Shown: positions 11,920-24,304, counted from the first letter of the whole stretch. The stretch is DNA of 62,515 bases, filler included, from Choristocarpus tenellus KU-1152 (GCA_964200185.2; 12 parts of 12 records of this genome joined end to end with filler, not necessarily neighbours in it); one strand, 5' to 3'. The notes: generated by a model from the sequence alone, not told the origin. Numbers and translations: made by a program.

Positions 11920-12447
11920 AAATTGCCCTATCTCCACTTTTTAACCTGTAACAAGGGTTTCAACTACTTCAACAGGTTTCGCTGAAAGCCGTATCAAAGG
12001 TTAACCAAAATATAACAAAATATGTTCCTGCCCCGAGGCTGGAAAGGGGGACACCAACATTAGGGGTCATTAGAGTATCCAAGCTTTTCCACATGATCTC
12101 AGGCCTTTTGCTGGCAAATGATGGAAAGTTCTCGAGGGAGGAAAGGTTTGCCCGGGTAGCTTCAGGGAACATCCAAGAGCTAGTCACATGACTACTAGAA
12201 AGATCCCAGAGGACAAATAGACGCAGGGAGGCCCCTGGAGAGGACCCCAAGTCCCACCAGGAACGCGCTGTAGCTCTGGGTCACCAACATGGAGGAATAT
12301 CCAAGGGAGCGAGTGTACTCCTAGCACAACCCAGGGCCCCAGGGACGGAGGAGACTTTCAGTGTACTGGTCCCTAAACACCCGAGCGAGAACCAGGACGA
12401 GCTAAGGCAGGCCATCACGGATGCAAGACACAGGGTACAAGGGAATG
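11920..12447 (+). mobile_element. Degenerate CRE/SLACS-like non-LTR retrotransposon ORF fragment (region preceding the RT)
   Basis: Translation with one stop: ...RVSKLFHMISGLLL...SREERFARVASGNIQEL...ERAVALGHQHGGISKGASVLLAQPRAPGTEETFSVLVPKHPSE. This resembles the G.IS.A...L.A.P.APG.EET...L..KHP motif found upstream of CRE-clade reverse transcriptases. Truncated by the contig end. Confidence 0.6.
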
Positions 12448-12789
12448 NNNNNNNNNNNNNNNNNNNNNNNNNNNNNNNNNNNNNNNNNNNNTTAATTAAT
12501 TAANNNNNNNNNNNNNNNNNNNNNNNNNNNNNNNNNNNNNNNNNNNNAAAAAAAAAAAAAAAAAGGCACAACAAAACTGCCTAGAGTAGAGACAAATCAC
12601 CACAGAGACATCAGCTCAGAGAGGGATTTAAAAAAAAAAAAAAAAAAAAAACTCCTCTCCCCCACCGACCTCTCCCACACACACACACACACATATCCCA
12701 CGCACTGCCTGCCGTCACAACAGACTTTAGTACAATGAAGACCACCCTTCAAAGACCACCCTTCAAAGACCACCCTTTCATTCCCACAC

Positions 12790-15431
12790 CTTTCCAGAGT
12801 GGCCAACTCCCTTAGCACCCTGAGCTGCCGAGGCAAGAACTGCTCCCCGAGGCATGGCCCGGTAGGTACTCTCCCTGTCACTCCCAGAGTGTTCGTCGCC
12901 CATAGACAACGTCGATGAAGACCGATCTTGGACCGTTCCCGAACTGTAAGACGTGTCGACAGCCCCGGGACTAGAAGAAGAAGGACCTCCCTGCGCTCCA
13001 GAGCTAGAGGACTCGCCCCCCTGAGTCGTGTCCGCCGCCGAACCAGGCAGCTGTTAGAGAAAGAAAAAAAGAAAAAGAAGTTCAAAACAAAACAAAAAAA
13101 TTTCAAGGGGCACTAAAAAAAATAGAAAAGCGTGTATATATAAACACCCTCTCAAAAATACAACAGCGGCAGAACGAGGACTTGCAGGGGACCAGACAAC
13201 GGAAAAGCCTTCCAACCTCCAGCACAACATTTTCCAAGACTCAAAACTACAAGCGCTTGTAGACGCCAGTGGACAGCCATCACGAACATAGGAGTAAGGA
13301 TACACAGAAGGTTCAGAAAATAATACCACAAAAAAACAAGAAAAAAAACAATTACCCACCCCCCACCCCCCACCGAATTCGCCTTGGCCCCCCGGGGTAC
13401 TACACCCCCCCCTCATTGACACCCACCCCTCGTGATCTTGATTGTTTCGGGGAGTCCTCCCAAAGAACCTCAACATCAGCCCCCACTTCTTCCTCTGTAT
13501 CATCCCCATCAGAGTCAAGCGGGCGGTTGATGAAGTGCTTTATGGGAGACTCCTGTAGATCACCGTTCGTTCATTCGTTATCATTGAAAAATATTATCTC
13601 GGTTGAAAAAAATAAATAACAGTATCAGATGAAAATATATATATATATATATAAAAAGTGGGAGAGTGTACAAACACCGGAAGGCGTGCAGTGTGGTAAA
13701 CACAAAGGCGGGGGGGGGCAGGGAAGAAGCGCAATAACGCCTGCCTGTGCTCGCATGCACACACTGTGCGCAGTCTCTGTGTACATCTTATGGTCGGATT
13801 GAACCTCATCCCAATGGGGGAACAGGCTGCAATACAACACAAGAGAGAGTAGGAGACAATGTGATCGATTGTGCACGCGTGAATAAAATAAAACCTGGAA
13901 CTTCCTAGAATATTCTTGAAGGAAGGAAGGAAGGAAGGAAGGAGCCTCATTGCCAACCGGAACGCAGCAAGGAACTCGTCTCAAGAGCAAAGAAAAAAAA
14001 AGGAAAAACCAAACCAAACAAAAATTAATAATAATAATAATAATAATAACATGATCATACGTAGGCCACATCACACACGCCCATCAGTTACATTAAAAAA
14101 TAAATTACTAAAAAACAAAAAAATCCCGTTAGTAAAAAAAAAACATAAAAACAAATCACACCTGAGAAACAGACACCACAGAGGCACCACAACAAGAGGA
14201 ATGCATTGACACCCCTAGCTAGCACCTTGCGCCATTCATACCTTATTTTGTCACCCTCACTTCACCAAGAACTTTCAAAAGGCAGCACAGATCGAAACCA
14301 CTATAGCAGTGGTACCAAACAATATTAGAAGGGTAGTACAAACGTACCTCTTCAGCATCGAAACAGAGCCCAAAGAAGCAAAAAAAAGCCTCCATATAAA
14401 CTAAAGAACATACCCCCACCATCTCACTCATCCCACAAGTCCCTCAAAAATACCCCGATGATGAGCTCTGATTTCACCAAACCACTACATAGGGGAAAAC
14501 ATATATATATATATATATATATATATCATAAAATAAAATATAGTAACTTTTTCGGCTCCCAACTTTTTCCTACCCCATATATATATATTTTTTTTAATGA
14601 ACCGAATTGAGCTCTCATTTCTCTCCTACACAGAATGTGAACAGTAGTACAAACACAAAAAGAGAAAAAGAAAACATGCACCACACACACACATAGAGAT
14701 AATTTTCTACCTTCCATTAACAGTAAAAACTTCAAACCCTATGTATTAAAAAAATATGAAAAGGCACACCTCAGTTCAACATACACTCCATCCTCTTTTT
14801 CTTAACGTTCTACCTTCCATGAAACAGTAAAAAACTCCAAACCCTATGTTTTAAAATATATATATGAAAAGGTACACACCTCAGTTCAACACACACCCCA
14901 TTCTCTTTTTATTAATTTTCTACCTTCCATACAATATTAACAGCACAAAACCTCAACCCTATCTTTAAAAAAGGTACACCTCAGTTGGACCCACATTCCA
15001 TTCTCCCCCTCTTCTTTTCTCCCACTCTCTTCTCTTCTCTTCTCTTCTCTTACCATTGAACCAGGATACGCAGGATACTGATGCTGCTTTTCAAAATTTT
15101 TAAGCTCCAGGTCACTCATCGGGTCGCCTCCTTCCTTGGCCACGTACGGACCACCTCCCTCTACTCTGTCGTTACCCATACCCTCTGGCCCAGGGGGAGT
15201 CTTAGAGCCTTGCTGGTGGAAGAAGTATATGCAGGCTGCTAGAGGGCATATGCACACCCCCAGAATAAGCCCGTACATCAGCCATGCCCACCAAGGCCAG
15301 AACTGAAGCTCGTCCCACCCCAGGAAATCCTTGAAGTCACTCCTTCAGTTTTTGTGAGATAGAGGAAGGCGTGGCGTGGTTCGGAACGTGGTCAGGTTGG
15401 GATGGTAGAGCGAATCTCGCAAGGGGAGGAG

Positions 15432-15462
<31 letters not shown>

Positions 15463-16173
15463 ACGGTTACTTGCGTGCGCGGAGGGGGAGAAAAAAAAAA
15501 AAAAAAAAACACACCAAAAAAAAAAAAAAAAACANNNNNNNNGGGGGGGGAGGGGGGGGAAGGAATCTTTCATTCGTTCCAGGGAAAAGAGAAAAAAACA
15601 AAAAATCACACCATTAACAACAACAAAAAATTCAAAACAAAAAAAATAAAAACTCTTCGTGAACAGATAAGAGTTCGACGCGACGGTCCTTGCAGACTAC
15701 GATCAAGAAGGCCCTCCGGCGAGTTCAACAGCCCGCTACAACATCTCGCCTTCAAACAAGAGAACTAGCAAAAACAAAAGCACAATGGGGAAGCGGCCTA
15801 TCTCAATCCATCCAGCCTATTATTTACTATCCCGGAGGGCACCATCTCATTTTTTTTAAACGTTAAAAAAAAAAAACATGAACCGTGCACTCAAAATACA
15901 CTTGACATCACTCGATATCAGCAGGAAAAAGAACACAACCCCCTCACCCTAAAAAACAACCCTGCGAAAATCACTAGAGAGGAGATAGCAAACTCACGTG
16001 AAGCCTCCAGAAGAGGATGAAGAGGGCTGGTTCTCGTCAAAGACAACAACAAATCCCAGCTCGACGTATTGTAAGTCGGAAGGATCCACAATAGTAGCAC
16101 CCCCGCTCTCTGTTGTAATAGACAAAGCCATATCCAACTTGAACTCCTCGGTATTGAGCTTGACGAAATCCAC
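12790..16173 (-). CDS. Partial multi-exon membrane protein of unknown family (extracellular segment, Trp-rich TM helix, Ser/Gly/acidic cytoplasmic tail)
   Basis: Phase-consistent exons: 15998-16173, 15054-15342 (WPWWAWLMYGLILGVCICPLAACIYFF, a TM helix), 14348-14400, about 13745-13826, 13427-13552, 12790-13050. Both ends are outside the contig. Confidence 0.65.
14701..15020. repeat. Intronic tandem repeat, three degenerate copies of a roughly 105-110 bp unit
   Basis: The unit TTCTACCTTCCAT..CAAACCCTAT..AAAAGG(T)ACACCTCAGTT..CCATTCTC recurs at about 14705, 14808 and 14918. Confidence 0.8.
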
Positions 16174-17904
16174 CTCAGAAAAAGAAAAAAAGAAAAAGAA
16201 ATCACCGGGAAGAAAAAATACATCATTTTTTTTGTGTTAACAAAAAGAATCCAATCGTACGGTTAAGGGAGTGGAGGGGGGGGGGGGGGGGGGGGGGAGA
16301 GGGGGGGGGGGGGGGAGAAGGGGGGGGGGGGGGGAGAGAGACACCGNNNNNNNNNNNNNNNNNNNNNNNNNNNNNNNNNNNNNNNNNNNNTTAATTAATT
16401 AANNNNNNNNNNNNNNNNNNNNNNNNNNNNNNNNNNNNNNNNNNNNCAATAAATAAAGGAACACTAACAACCAGTGCAGTGCACCAATCAACAGTCAGTA
16501 CAAGCTGGTAGATGTGTATCATATCAACAAGGAACAAATGAGTAGCCTATGTTTTAACAGCACCCATCTCATTACCCTAGTACGAAGCTTTGTCATCCAT
16601 TCACCAGCAACTGATGGAGTCGTCGTAATGATAGTAGTAGTGCCCAAAGACCAAGGATGAAACCGCGTGTTCTACTCCTCTGTGTCAGGATATGGCTATC
16701 TCCCTTCTGAGGCAGTTTCATTCATTTTGCTTTGATCCAAAAAACACCTACTATTATCATTGTACAGTCTATCATGACCCACTTGTAGTTGTTAAGATCA
16801 GATCGATGTATGGAACGTTTGAAGGTAATAACCTACCAGAAAACGATGCCAGGCATCTCTGGAAACACAAGTAGTCTAGTGTGAGCAATTTGCATCATTA
16901 TTATTTTGTGCATCACCACCGTGGATTCTAAAGTATCTCTCTGTACACAGCATTATGCCTGTGTCATGAAATAATAACTCCTGCTTCTCCTGGGATCGAG
17001 ATCTACTCGAAAGCAAGGGTTTATCGTTGTAATACTTAATAGTTATCTAAGTGAAGAAGCGGTTGTGTTGTTGTTGGTCGGATTAGTGATTTCGACTATC
17101 TGTGAGGTAGCCTCCGTGTCGGTTCCATGTCAAAGGGTCATTCCTAAGCCCTAACCAACAACAAACGTGGATGCATATAATATCAAAATCGTGTTCTCAG
17201 TTGCTTGTGGTGTGTATAAAGTCTGGCGTTTTGGGGGTTTGAACCCGTGAGATGTTTACAGGAAACGTTTTCTACAACCAATCACAAGTCACAAAATGTA
17301 ATTTGAACGGTTTGACCCCCATCCCCGCCAAACTTACTTTCACCTAAATCTTGCGTCAATTTTTCAATTGCACGTGTCGATGTGGACTCGGGATGATTGC
17401 CTTGTGCTATCTCCTCTATCGCTATACCACAAAGTCGCTGAAACCAAAGACCTATGTTTTAATCTCAAGCCAGGTCCAGCACAAGGTTTGAGGTAGGAAA
17501 CAGAGAGACGAAATTACTTGTAGGAATGTTGAACCCAATATGAATGAAAGAGGAGGGCACGAGCAGAAGAAGTACCATGAGTCGTTTAGTGCAACAATTT
17601 ATACTGTTGGATGAGGACAATTAAACGATTCAGTATGCAGTACCTATTTCTAAAACCAAGGGCCAGGATAGTCCCCAGTCTAGGGAGTGGTGTGCATAAC
17701 ACCGTCCTTAACCACCATGACCAAAGTTTCTGTTTTAACCTTATACATGGGTGGGGAGATCTTCCAACCACTCCTCCAAGAGTGACCAATATAATAGGAA
17801 GGGATACACAACATAGAATTAAAGATTGTGATATTGTTGCATAGTTAGTTGTCGTTTCCAACATACCTTTCCTAACTATATAATGTACTATCATATAACC
17901 ATAT

Positions 17905-18161
17905 GAGTGAAATTATCTTAGAGGGTACGAGTTTTGCCCTGTTTGTCCATTTGAGGCTTGGTTTCGCACGGGTTTTAATGACATTTTCCTACTCCAAAAT
18001 GGTCCAGAGGAGGTAAAATGTGTACGTTATGAAAAGGTTTGTCTGGAACAAGGATATTGACACTTCCTAACAAACACCAATGCCAAAATTACACTAAAAT
18101 CGCAACATTGGATTTTGGCCCCCAAATGGACGCGGTTCTACCCTCTGAGATAGTTTGACTC
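17905..18161. mobile_element. MITE family A copy
   Basis: TIRs GAGTGAAATTATCTTAGAGGGTA / TACCCTCTGAGATAGTTTGACTC. Flanks ATAT/TTAT give a 4-bp TSD with one mismatch. Confidence 0.87.
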
Positions 18162-19088
18162 TTATGGCAACAGAAGCTCTTTGTAGTTGTGATATTATCC
18201 ATACCTCAACTCCTCTGTTATAGGCGATACAACTTGATGGCGGTTTCATAAACGCCATTATGATCTTAAGTCCTATAGATCATTTATAGTTTGTACTTCT
18301 TGACTATTTGTTTAATTTTAGTCAATGTGTTGACCATTGAGGTATATGTGCCGTTGAAAGTTTCTTTTTATACGATGATGAGACGATATATTTGAAGTGA
18401 ATAATCGAAGTAAGAGATACTGCATGATTGACGACTTGTGCATCATGGAGCCTTCTACGAGCATCATGGTCCACACGTATTCCTATGGATTGGAGCTGCA
18501 TATCCCATCATGGTAAGTCTGTGTAGCGATTTTTAACACATCATATTTGTCCAAAATGTTAGGTGAAGAGTGAGTCAATGAAAGGTTTATTCCAGGGGAA
18601 GGAGAGGAAACTATCTTAAATCAACAACTGGAACTTAAGTATGTAAAGGCCCTTTGAGCAAGTGTAAAAAACATGAAAATCATAATAAAACATGAGGAAA
18701 AGGAAAAAACAGAACTCGTCCATTACGCGTTTTACCCTTGAGTGTGATGTTCCACAAGAAATGTATACACTTAGTATATCCTCTTCAAAGCGAAACACTG
18801 TATGCATGAATATACTGTGATGTGCACACATGCGGGATCTAAGCCTCCACGTTCGGGGGTAGTAGGCATGCTTACGGGGTGGTACTTGTTGTAAGGAAGT
18901 GTTTATGGCTTATGGCATCTATGTAGACATTGTTATGCGTTTGTTGCATCCAATACAGGAAAAGTCTCAGATGTATGTTCACTCAACAATATTTTCAAGG
19001 CTCCCACTAACAAGTGATGCACCACTAAACATTCGAGCTACTCCTCTCGCTACCTTCTTCTGCCACCCTCAATCATCTTTTTTTTTAG

Positions 19089-20438
19089 TATGTATTCCCT
19101 GACTTCTTCTCTGAAGAATACCACAAGGAAGTTACCACACGAGTGAGGAACACGGACGGGTTGATTCTCATCAACTTCCTCTCCACTCCTGTCTTCAATG
19201 ACATAGTGCAACATGCACCTGGCCAAGAGCTTGACCTGCGCTCCAAGAAGCTTGTGGAGGACCTTAGGGCGTATATGCAAGCTGTCCTTTATGAGTTATA
19301 CAACGAAGCCCTTGGTCAGTTCCCTGGGCTCCTTCATGGGGTGAACAACTTGATCCCAGAACTAATGGACACGAAGGAACATCTTGCCAAGCAAGTGGTT
19401 GCAAACATTTGCCAAGCAGAGTTGGGATGGTTCTGGACTCAGGATACGTCGTACTCAAGTACTATGAGGAAGTCACAAAAGAGGTCAAGCATGTGCAGGA
19501 CAATGTCTTGATAGTCGGCAGTACGACCGATAAGAGTAAGGATGCCAGAATGAAACGCTGCTATGATTGCCAAAGATGCCATGATGATTGCCAAAGATGC
19601 TATGGATGCCGAACAAGTAAGGATGCCAGAATGCAACGCTCCTGTGATTGCCAAATATGCTATGATGAATGCCGAATATGCCGTGATTGCCAAACATACT
19701 CGAATTCTTCATCAACAGCTGAGAGTGCCAAGAACACCACGGCACAAGCAGTGGGCAGTATCCCACAGAAATTTGTGCAGCAACTAGTTGATTCAGGCGC
19801 TACAACAAAGGACAGTACTGTCCAACTCATACAGGTCAGCATATTCCCCAATAGTGTGAAGTGCATGAAGTTCCGCTTGCAGTTCCTCATATAGTTCTGT
19901 ATTGTGTTGAACGTCCCCGCTCAATCAGTCCTGAACGATTCATGTACCCCATCTTCTCATCCCCTTCTTTGCCAGTTTCCCTCTCGCCACAACCTCCACT
20001 TATGCCTGCCTGCACACATACATGATACTAAAGATCTTGCGGAATATGATACTTGCAGTAGTATGAAACTCAAGTCCTTGGATTAAGAAATGTGTCATAT
20101 AATCAGAATACTAACACAGTGGATGGTGGTAAAGGTTTCGGCATCAACAAAATGAGCGTGACCCAATCTCTTTGCTCCTCTCCAACCCTGTACAGATGAA
20201 CTTGTATGCGTACTCTGAGATCGTGTGCAGGCGAATATTTGACGTAGTACCTAAGGAGATCAATCAGTTTCTCGTGAGTGATATCTGCGAGTGCCTTGTT
20301 GGGTGGGCCTATGAGATGGTTGATGATCAAGACCTGGAGGTGTGGTTAGAGGAGAAGTCCACATGCAGAAGCGCAAGGATAGAGAATGCCAAGGTCATGC
20401 AGTTTGAGGAGGGCTTAAAGGTCCTCCTGTTCGATTAG
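19089..20438 (+). pseudogene. Mx/DRP4-like dynamin-related GTPase, stalk and GED exons; one frameshift (pseudogene or assembly indel)
   Basis: Exon 19089-19834 reads VFPDFFSEEY..GLILINFLSTPVFNDIV...ELGWFWTQDTSY (dynamin/Mx middle domain), with a 1-nt deletion at about 19466. Exon 20196-20438 reads MNLYAYSEIVCRRIFDVVPKEINQFLV...WLEE...FEEGLKVL (GTPase effector domain). GTPase-domain exons were not found in this contig. Confidence 0.75.
19535..19696 (+). repeat. 81-bp coding tandem duplication encoding two 6-Cys units
   Basis: Units start with AGTAAGGATGCCAGAATG at 19535 and 19616. They encode SKDARMKRCYDCQRCHDDCQRCYGCRT and SKDARMQRSCDCQICYDECRICRDCQT. Confidence 0.9.
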
Positions 20439-20552
20439 ACTCTTCCAACTCTNNNNNNNNNNNNNNNNNNNNNNNNNNNNNNNNNNNNNNNNNNNNTTAA
20501 TTAATTAANNNNNNNNNNNNNNNNNNNNNNNNNNNNNNNNNNNNNNNNNNNN

Positions 20553-20918
20553 AGGAGATGGTGAAGGCCATTAAGAAACAGTATGAGGAGCATTATGAAA
20601 CCACACTTGAGAGGGCTTGGCAGCTCCTTTTTGTGGTGTACAATCAAGTACTTAGATACAAAGGGGGGAATGACTTCAGTGTGGAACACATGGGGGTAAG
20701 GAAGAGGCAGTTGTCTGGTGAGCTTGAAAACACACCGAAGGTAGACATGGGGGCCTTTTCTGTGGCTGAAAAAATTATGATGGATGGGGAGTAATAATAA
20801 TAAAAGAGCTGAGCCTAACCAGAAATTTGTCAAAGACTCGAAATCTTCTTTCAGAAATGAATTTCATCATCTTCAAAAGATATGGAAAACGCAACACAGA
20901 CTTATGGCACGGAGGTAG
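20553..20918 (+). mobile_element. 3' end of a Tc1/mariner element (plant/stramenopile-type mariner): transposase C-terminus and right TIR
   Basis: The ORF ending at 20794, EMVKAIKKQYEEHYETTLERAWQLLFVVYNQVLRYKGGNDFSVEH, matches the mariner C-terminal GGN.F/Y..H motif. The element ends AGACTTATGGCACGGAGGTAG followed by TA (20919-20920). Confidence 0.8.
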
Positions 20919-21152
20919 TATTTGAGATATTCCAGGTATTCCATTTCTTCACATGCTTACATGTCGTGTGCTGGTGTTTCTACTCCCTGTGAAGTCGTAC
21001 CTCTTTGAGATGACCTCCGATTACGAAAGGGACTTTTGTGTTGGATTCCTTGGAATATTTTACATCAAAAACTAAATTTCAAAGAATTCTACTAAATATT
21101 CTGTTCTGAAGTGGTTCCGAAAGAATGGAAGACTGAATGGAGTATATTCTTA

Positions 21153-21936
21153 CTCCCACTTTCCCATATGTCTGTCTCGTTATGGTTTTTTTGTGAATAA
21201 CTTTTTCAAATCTGAGAATTAGAAACTAAATAGTATCGTTCAATAGCCAACAACATAGACTTAGGCACAGATATCTTCAAGATATTGTTTCAGTTTGAAA
21301 TGGTTGATAAACCACCCTCCAAACACAAACGTTTTCTTTCGGAAATGGAAGATTTAGCAAAAGCAACAAAACCTGCCAAAAATGGCTGGAAATGACGATT
21401 AATCTGCCATAACGTCTCAACGAGACCTTCGATAAAGACGTGGTTAGTTACGTTGGATTTCTTCGCGGTTCTTGAATTAAATTATTTACTCGTCCCTCTC
21501 ATTTTCTTCTGAGGGCATTCTGGATCCTTGATCCCCATTGATAGAGACGCGTGCAATGTGACCACAACTTGGTGGATTGAGGGAGAGAGTGAGAGTGACG
21601 AGTAATCAATTTAATACAAAAACGCCTAGGAATCCGACGCAACTAACCGCATCTTCATCAGAGGTCTCATTGAGACGTTATGACCGAATAACCATCATTT
21701 CCAAACATTTTTTGCTGGTATTTTTGTTTTGCTAAATCTGCCGTTTCCCCTTAAAAGGAGTTTGTGTTCAGGGGTGGTTTATCAACCATTTCGAAAGGAA
21801 AAAATATTCTGAAGATATCTATGTGCAAGGTGAGGTTGTTGGCTTTCAAACAAAATTATTTGTTATATTGATTCTCACATTAGAGATAGTTATTTTTTAA
21901 AAGCCTTAATGGCCCAGACCTATAGGACAGAGGAAG
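21153..21936. mobile_element. Stowaway-like foldback element (about 340-350 bp inverted arms, about 80 bp loop, TA target duplication)
   Basis: The arms at about 21153-21505 and 21583-21936 are reverse complements; for example TGGTTGATAAACCACCC pairs with GGGTGGTTTATCAACCA, and AGATATCTTCA pairs with TGAAGATATCT. The ends CTCCCACTTTCCCATATGTCTG / CAGACCTATAGGACAGAGGAAG are flanked by TA on both sides. Confidence 0.88.
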
Positions 21937-22542
21937 TATGTTGCATGCATGCTGTTCATTTCTTTTTTGTAGACTAGACTCAATTTAGGATAATTTCTTC
22001 CAGTATGAGGGGGGTCCAGTAACTCAGACACCATGTTGTGCCTTGGCCACAAAACATGCATGATGTAGGAATGGTAGGAATATCCAATACAATTGGTTAC
22101 GATAATAATCAATGATACAAGGGAGATCAGACCTTGCTGGGTCAAATCCTGTCATCACATTCACACATGCGGACACACAACATGTTCAACAAACTTATTT
22201 GCCTTCTACTAGGAGTACATGCTTAACCATTTTGGCTATTTTTCTTCTTCCCTAGTATTCACGTGTGTCAAGTAGTGTGTGCCTTCTCCTGACAAACTTA
22301 CGGTCATGGGTCTGGGACCCCTCAGATTAATGTGAAGAACAAAAATGATAATGTTCATAGTATTTATACTGATCCCCTTCTAGTCCCAGGTCTAGCCATA
22401 GACGAAGTGCTGCAACATTGCTGCACTCAGCTCTACTCTCTTTCTTATGTTCTCTAGATGCTACTTATCTTCAAGCCTCGGTTTTGTATGTGATCACATA
22501 TCTAATATCTGAATCTCTACCGCTATCCATTGTCTTGAGCAG

Positions 22543-24304
22543 GTTTGGCGACTGAGATTGCATCACCTTGTAACTCCAGAGCTAGAGGCGGCTATGCAAG
22601 CTGCATTGCTGTTGCTGCAGGTAAGGACCTAGCACCCAGTGTAATAGGCACAGTGAAGGCGAGAAGTAGTGCGCAGTGGGGCACTAGAATAGTCGAAGCT
22701 TCATTGTGCAGATGACATTGAACATGTTTTCTAATTACATGCTCATAGCTGAGTATGGAGGTCAGGCTAAGGTCGTAGGGAAGATGATTCTTGCAATTAT
22801 CAATCGCCCGTTAGCCTCCATGCTATCATTGTCCAAACCCTAGGATTTCCATTTTCTCCGCCTGCACTTTCCTGAACTCCACCTCTAAGCTTTCCAAATT
22901 CCTTATTTTTCACCTCCACACAATCTCTCTGACCCATCCACATTATGTAATAAGATACTGGCTTACTCAAGGGTCTCCTTCGCCTTGACCTCTCCTAAGC
23001 TCACTCCAATATATTTCTAGTAAATGTGAACAATGATCAACCCCATCGCCTCTGCACTGTCCATACACCCCAAATGCTGCATAGGGCCTCGCTTCTGCAA
23101 ATGTAGCTCTTCTGTGCAATGTGACACAGGCAATGGCATGCATCCATGCTTCCCGTGGTGACACAGCTAAAGCAGTGGAAGTGTGTACCCAGGGGCTTGA
23201 CTTGGATAGAACTATTGGAGACGGAGGATCAGCTACAGGGGGGGGAGGAACCAAAACTAAAGGTGGTGGTGGGGAAAAGGATGTCAAGGCCACTCAGGGC
23301 AGTGAGAACTCAAGTGGACATATCACAGGTCGTCCCACAGTTGCTGAGCTCAAGGGATTGGTTGAATTTCGGACAACTTGCCAGATAGAGAGAGGGGGGC
23401 TGGGAACAGTGTTAGTGGAAGGAAGACCTTTATTCCAGGCAAGAGGGCAAAGTTTGGAATGGGTGAAGGTACATTAAGTATTTGTAGCCAAGCAAGGGGC
23501 TAGGGTATCCACTCTCCCATTTGTTCATTCCCTAATCTTAAAGCTTGCTTTCAAAAATAGAAACGTAACTCTTGTAGATATGTATTTATATTTACTGTAC
23601 TTTTTATCTCCCTTCCCCAATATCTCAATGTACTCCATGTTATCATCTTCACTGGTCGACCACCATCTGTATTCATCATGTTTGAGTCTATGAACCTCTC
23701 TCTGTTCTGTCTCGAATTAAATGTACATAAAAAAAATTATACTCCATACCTCGAATTGCTACTATATACTCCGGAGTACTAAGTAGCATAATCTCAATCA
23801 TGAGCGCTGATCAAGCTCTGTGCTTCCTTAATCCTCCCAACCTCATGGGCCATACGTATTAAATATAATACTCTGAGTACATCAATATTTGAACGCCCTG
23901 CAAGGATTTACTACATTAAATCATCAGACAGACTTTCCCCAAACTCCCTCCATACCGCCTCTACTCTGGGATCAATATAATCCTCGCCTCTAAAACACAT
24001 CTGATAATGCTCTAATCATGCTTCCATGTCTTGCACGTCCTCTGCCTGGTCTACCACACCCATATATTGGATAGGCTTTATCACTCCTGACCTGTGCATT
24101 CTCTGACCGAGCTACAGCCTCCGAAAAGTTGGATTACCTTACCAGGGCCCATGGTGTCTTGAGGACCTATACGGAAAGCATCACTGATGTAGCCATGAAG
24201 GCAGCTGAAGAAGTGGGCCTGGGGGTAGGAAAGAAAGTGGGGATAGCTGACGAGGTAGAGGATGCCAGGAGTAGAAGTAGACAGGATATGTTCCGGATCA
24301 TTAG
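22543..24304 (+). CDS. Internal exons of a large alpha-helical/TPR-like protein, family not established
   Basis: Exons 22543-22620 (VWRLRLHHLVTPELEAAMQAALLLLQ), 23085-23468 (..MACIHASRGDTAKAVEVCTQGL.., TPR-like) and 24075 to about 24304 join in phase 0 with GT-AG ends and an open frame. Confidence 0.6.

Noticed and set aside
18616-18840. Minus-strand RMCAH...FRFEEDILSV resembling the dynamin segment that should precede the Mx-like exon
   Set aside because: It is on the wrong strand and the similarity is weak. It would require an inversion, for which no breakpoints are visible.
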